NCBI GenBank assembly: GCA_964385255.1
Contig: CAYLOH010000003.1
Coordinates: forward strand, 16,424-80,423
Direction: 5' to 3'
DNA from: an uncultured Rubrivirga sp.
Lineage (GTDB): Bacteria > Actinomycetota > Actinomycetes > S36-B12
Length of the DNA: 64,000 nt
The position numbers and the translations under genes were made by a program. Positions within the stretch are counted from its first letter, which is position 1; each line of letters opens with the position of its first letter. Shown piece after piece: positions 62,682-64,000 of this stretch. The notes under the pieces are model-generated. The model saw nothing but the letters and a program-made list of their open reading frames with translations, was not told the origin of the DNA and made no database searches.

Positions 62682-63563
62682 GTGGATCGCATGGGGCAGG
62701 AATCCGCCGAGACCCTGAGGACTTTCGGCGGGGAGCCCAATGACATCGCGCTGCGGGCGAGCCGACCCCAATCCCTGATCATCACCATCTTCGGCGCGTA
62801 CAGCCGAACTATGGGGGGCTGGTTGTCCGTTGCGACCCTGCTGGCGCTCATGGGAGAAGTCGGGGTCGAGGACGCAGCCGTGAGAAGCGCGCTGTCGCGG
62901 TTCAAGCGTCGGGGGATCCTGCTGGCCGAACGACGCGGGAACACGGCGGGATACGCACTGTCGGACAATGCCTGGCGCACGTTCGATGTCGGCGATGCAC
63001 GCGTTCTGCAACGCCGAGAGCCACCGGCCTCCAACGGTTGGGTGTTGGCGGCGTTCTCGATTCCCGAGCGATCGCGCGACGTGCGTTATCGACTCCGATC
63101 CAGGTTGGCTCGCGTGGGCTTCGCCCAAGTCGCCGGCGGCCTGTGGATTGCTCCGCGCGCCCTCGAAGCCGACGTCCTCTACATAGTCGAGGTCTTGGGT
63201 GTCCACGAGCACGTCAACATCTTCGGTGCAGAGCACATCGGCTTCGGTTCGACACCCGACGCGGTACGCCAATGGTGGGACCTCGAGGGGATCGGCGACC
63301 ACTACTCGGCCTTTTCCCGTACCTATCGCCGTTTGGCGAACGTGTACGCGGAACGAACCCGCATCGATCCGGCATCGGCGTTCGCTGACTACACGCGGGT
63401 CCTCACGTCGTGGCGGCCCATTCCGTACATCGATCCGGGATTGCCGAGGGAGTTCCTCCCGCGGACGTGGCCGGGGGACGAAGCGACGGACCTGTTCTAC
63501 GCGCTGCACGATCGCTTGTTCCCCGCAGCCCAGAGTTACGTCGAAGGCATCGCCGGTTCCTGA
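62682..63563 (+). CDS. paaX: PaaX family transcriptional regulator
   Basis: SLIITIFGAYSR...SVATLLALMGEVGVEDAAVRSALSRFKRRG winged-helix region plus a PaaX C-terminal region. Start is GTG 62682 or ATG 62691. Confidence 0.8.
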   Translation: MDRMGQESAETLRTFGGEPNDIALRASRPQSLIITIFGAYSRTMGGWLSVATLLALMGEVGVEDAAVRSALSRFKRRGILLAERRGNTAGYALSDNAWRTFDVGDARVLQRREPPASNGWVLAAFSIPERSRDVRYRLRSRLARVGFAQVAGGLWIAPRALEADVLYIVEVLGVHEHVNIFGAEHIGFGSTPDAVRQWWDLEGIGDHYSAFSRTYRRLANVYAERTRIDPASAFADYTRVLTSWRPIPYIDPGLPREFLPRTWPGDEATDLFYALHDRLFPAAQSYVEGIAGS

Positions 63564-63595
63564 CGATCGCAAAAACGGCACACTAAGATGGGTGC

Positions 63596-64000
63596 ATGAG
63601 CTCAAGCCCCGGGTACTCCAACGTGTTCCGACTCATCGCGACACCGGAGTTGCACGCATCCGGGGCGATCATCTCGACGGTCGCCAGCGCAGGTGCGGTG
63701 ATCACCGGCCTCGACGTTGTGGATCCTGGGACGAGTTCGGTCGTGCTCGACCTGTCCTGCACCACCCGAGACTCCGGTCACGTACAACTCGTCAAGGCGG
63801 CGCTCGACAAGTTGCAGGGCTGCTCGGTGGAGAAGGTGAGCGACTCGACCTTCCTCGTCCATTTGGGCGGCAAGATCGCCGTCGACTTGAAGGTACCCCT
63901 TCGAAACCGCACCGACCTCGCCCGCGCCTACACGCCCGGCGTCGCACGGGTATGCATGGCCATCTACGAAAACCCTGCCGACGCTCGAAATCTGACGATC
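63596..64000 (+). CDS. NAD(P)-dependent malic enzyme with N-terminal ACT-like domain (5' part; runs off the right edge)
   Basis: Manual translation gives MSSSPGYSNVFRLIATPELHASGAIISTVASAGAVITGLDVV...LVHLGGKIAVDLKVPLRNRTDLARAYTPGVARVCMAI. The AYTPGVA motif is typical of malic enzymes. Not in the ORF track because it has no in-window stop. Confidence 0.82.
   Translation, partial: MSSSPGYSNVFRLIATPELHASGAIISTVASAGAVITGLDVVDPGTSSVVLDLSCTTRDSGHVQLVKAALDKLQGCSVEKVSDSTFLVHLGGKIAVDLKVPLRNRTDLARAYTPGVARVCMAIYENPADARNLTI

Noticed and set aside
62547-63605. 352-aa minus-strand ORF
   Set aside because: It is antisense to the PaaX-family gene, with R-rich low complexity.

Overview
This window is a densely packed, high-GC chromosomal segment that looks actinobacterial. 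I call about 66 CDS. Every intergenic gap is under 200 bp. I found no rRNA, tRNA, CRISPR array, transposase, integrase or phage-like gene. Gene order follows conserved actinobacterial core synteny as I recall it from Mycobacterium tuberculosis: purE-purK, GtrA-like, PH-domain protein, birA, accD5-accE5-maf-accA3; then lpdA, deoD/punA-pmmB, add-deoA-cdd-sdhCDAB; then trpS, icd, folD; then purH-purN-perM and sucDC. Content is mostly core metabolism: purine synthesis, acyl-CoA carboxylase, TCA enzymes (sdhCDAB, icd, mdh, sucCD, malic enzyme), and a large nucleoside salvage and catabolism set with a BMP-type ABC importer. Four parts break the core pattern. (1) A seven-enzyme block at 37.0-44.9 kb pairs an orphan iolE-iolD with an SDR, a lactonase, a GarL-like aldolase, a 2-hydroxyacid dehydrogenase and an ALDH. 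It has no canonical iolGBCJA genes, no transporter and no regulator. This is my best candidate for an undescribed pathway variant. (2) A GAF-LuxR regulator, an SDR and a cupin sit between add and deoA. (3) An ALDH paralogue lacking the catalytic domain is translationally coupled to a full ALDH downstream of deoC. (4) A split, MCM-type B12 mutase has its two subunit genes 26 kb apart. At the DNA level I noted a 47-bp near-perfect palindrome containing two divergent start codons, a 12-bp GC hairpin in the add leader, an intercistronic terminator after the ABC binding-protein gene, and a perfect 16-bp palindrome upstream of mdh. I see no defence island or mobile element. All functional proposals rest on reading motifs by eye, without database searches.
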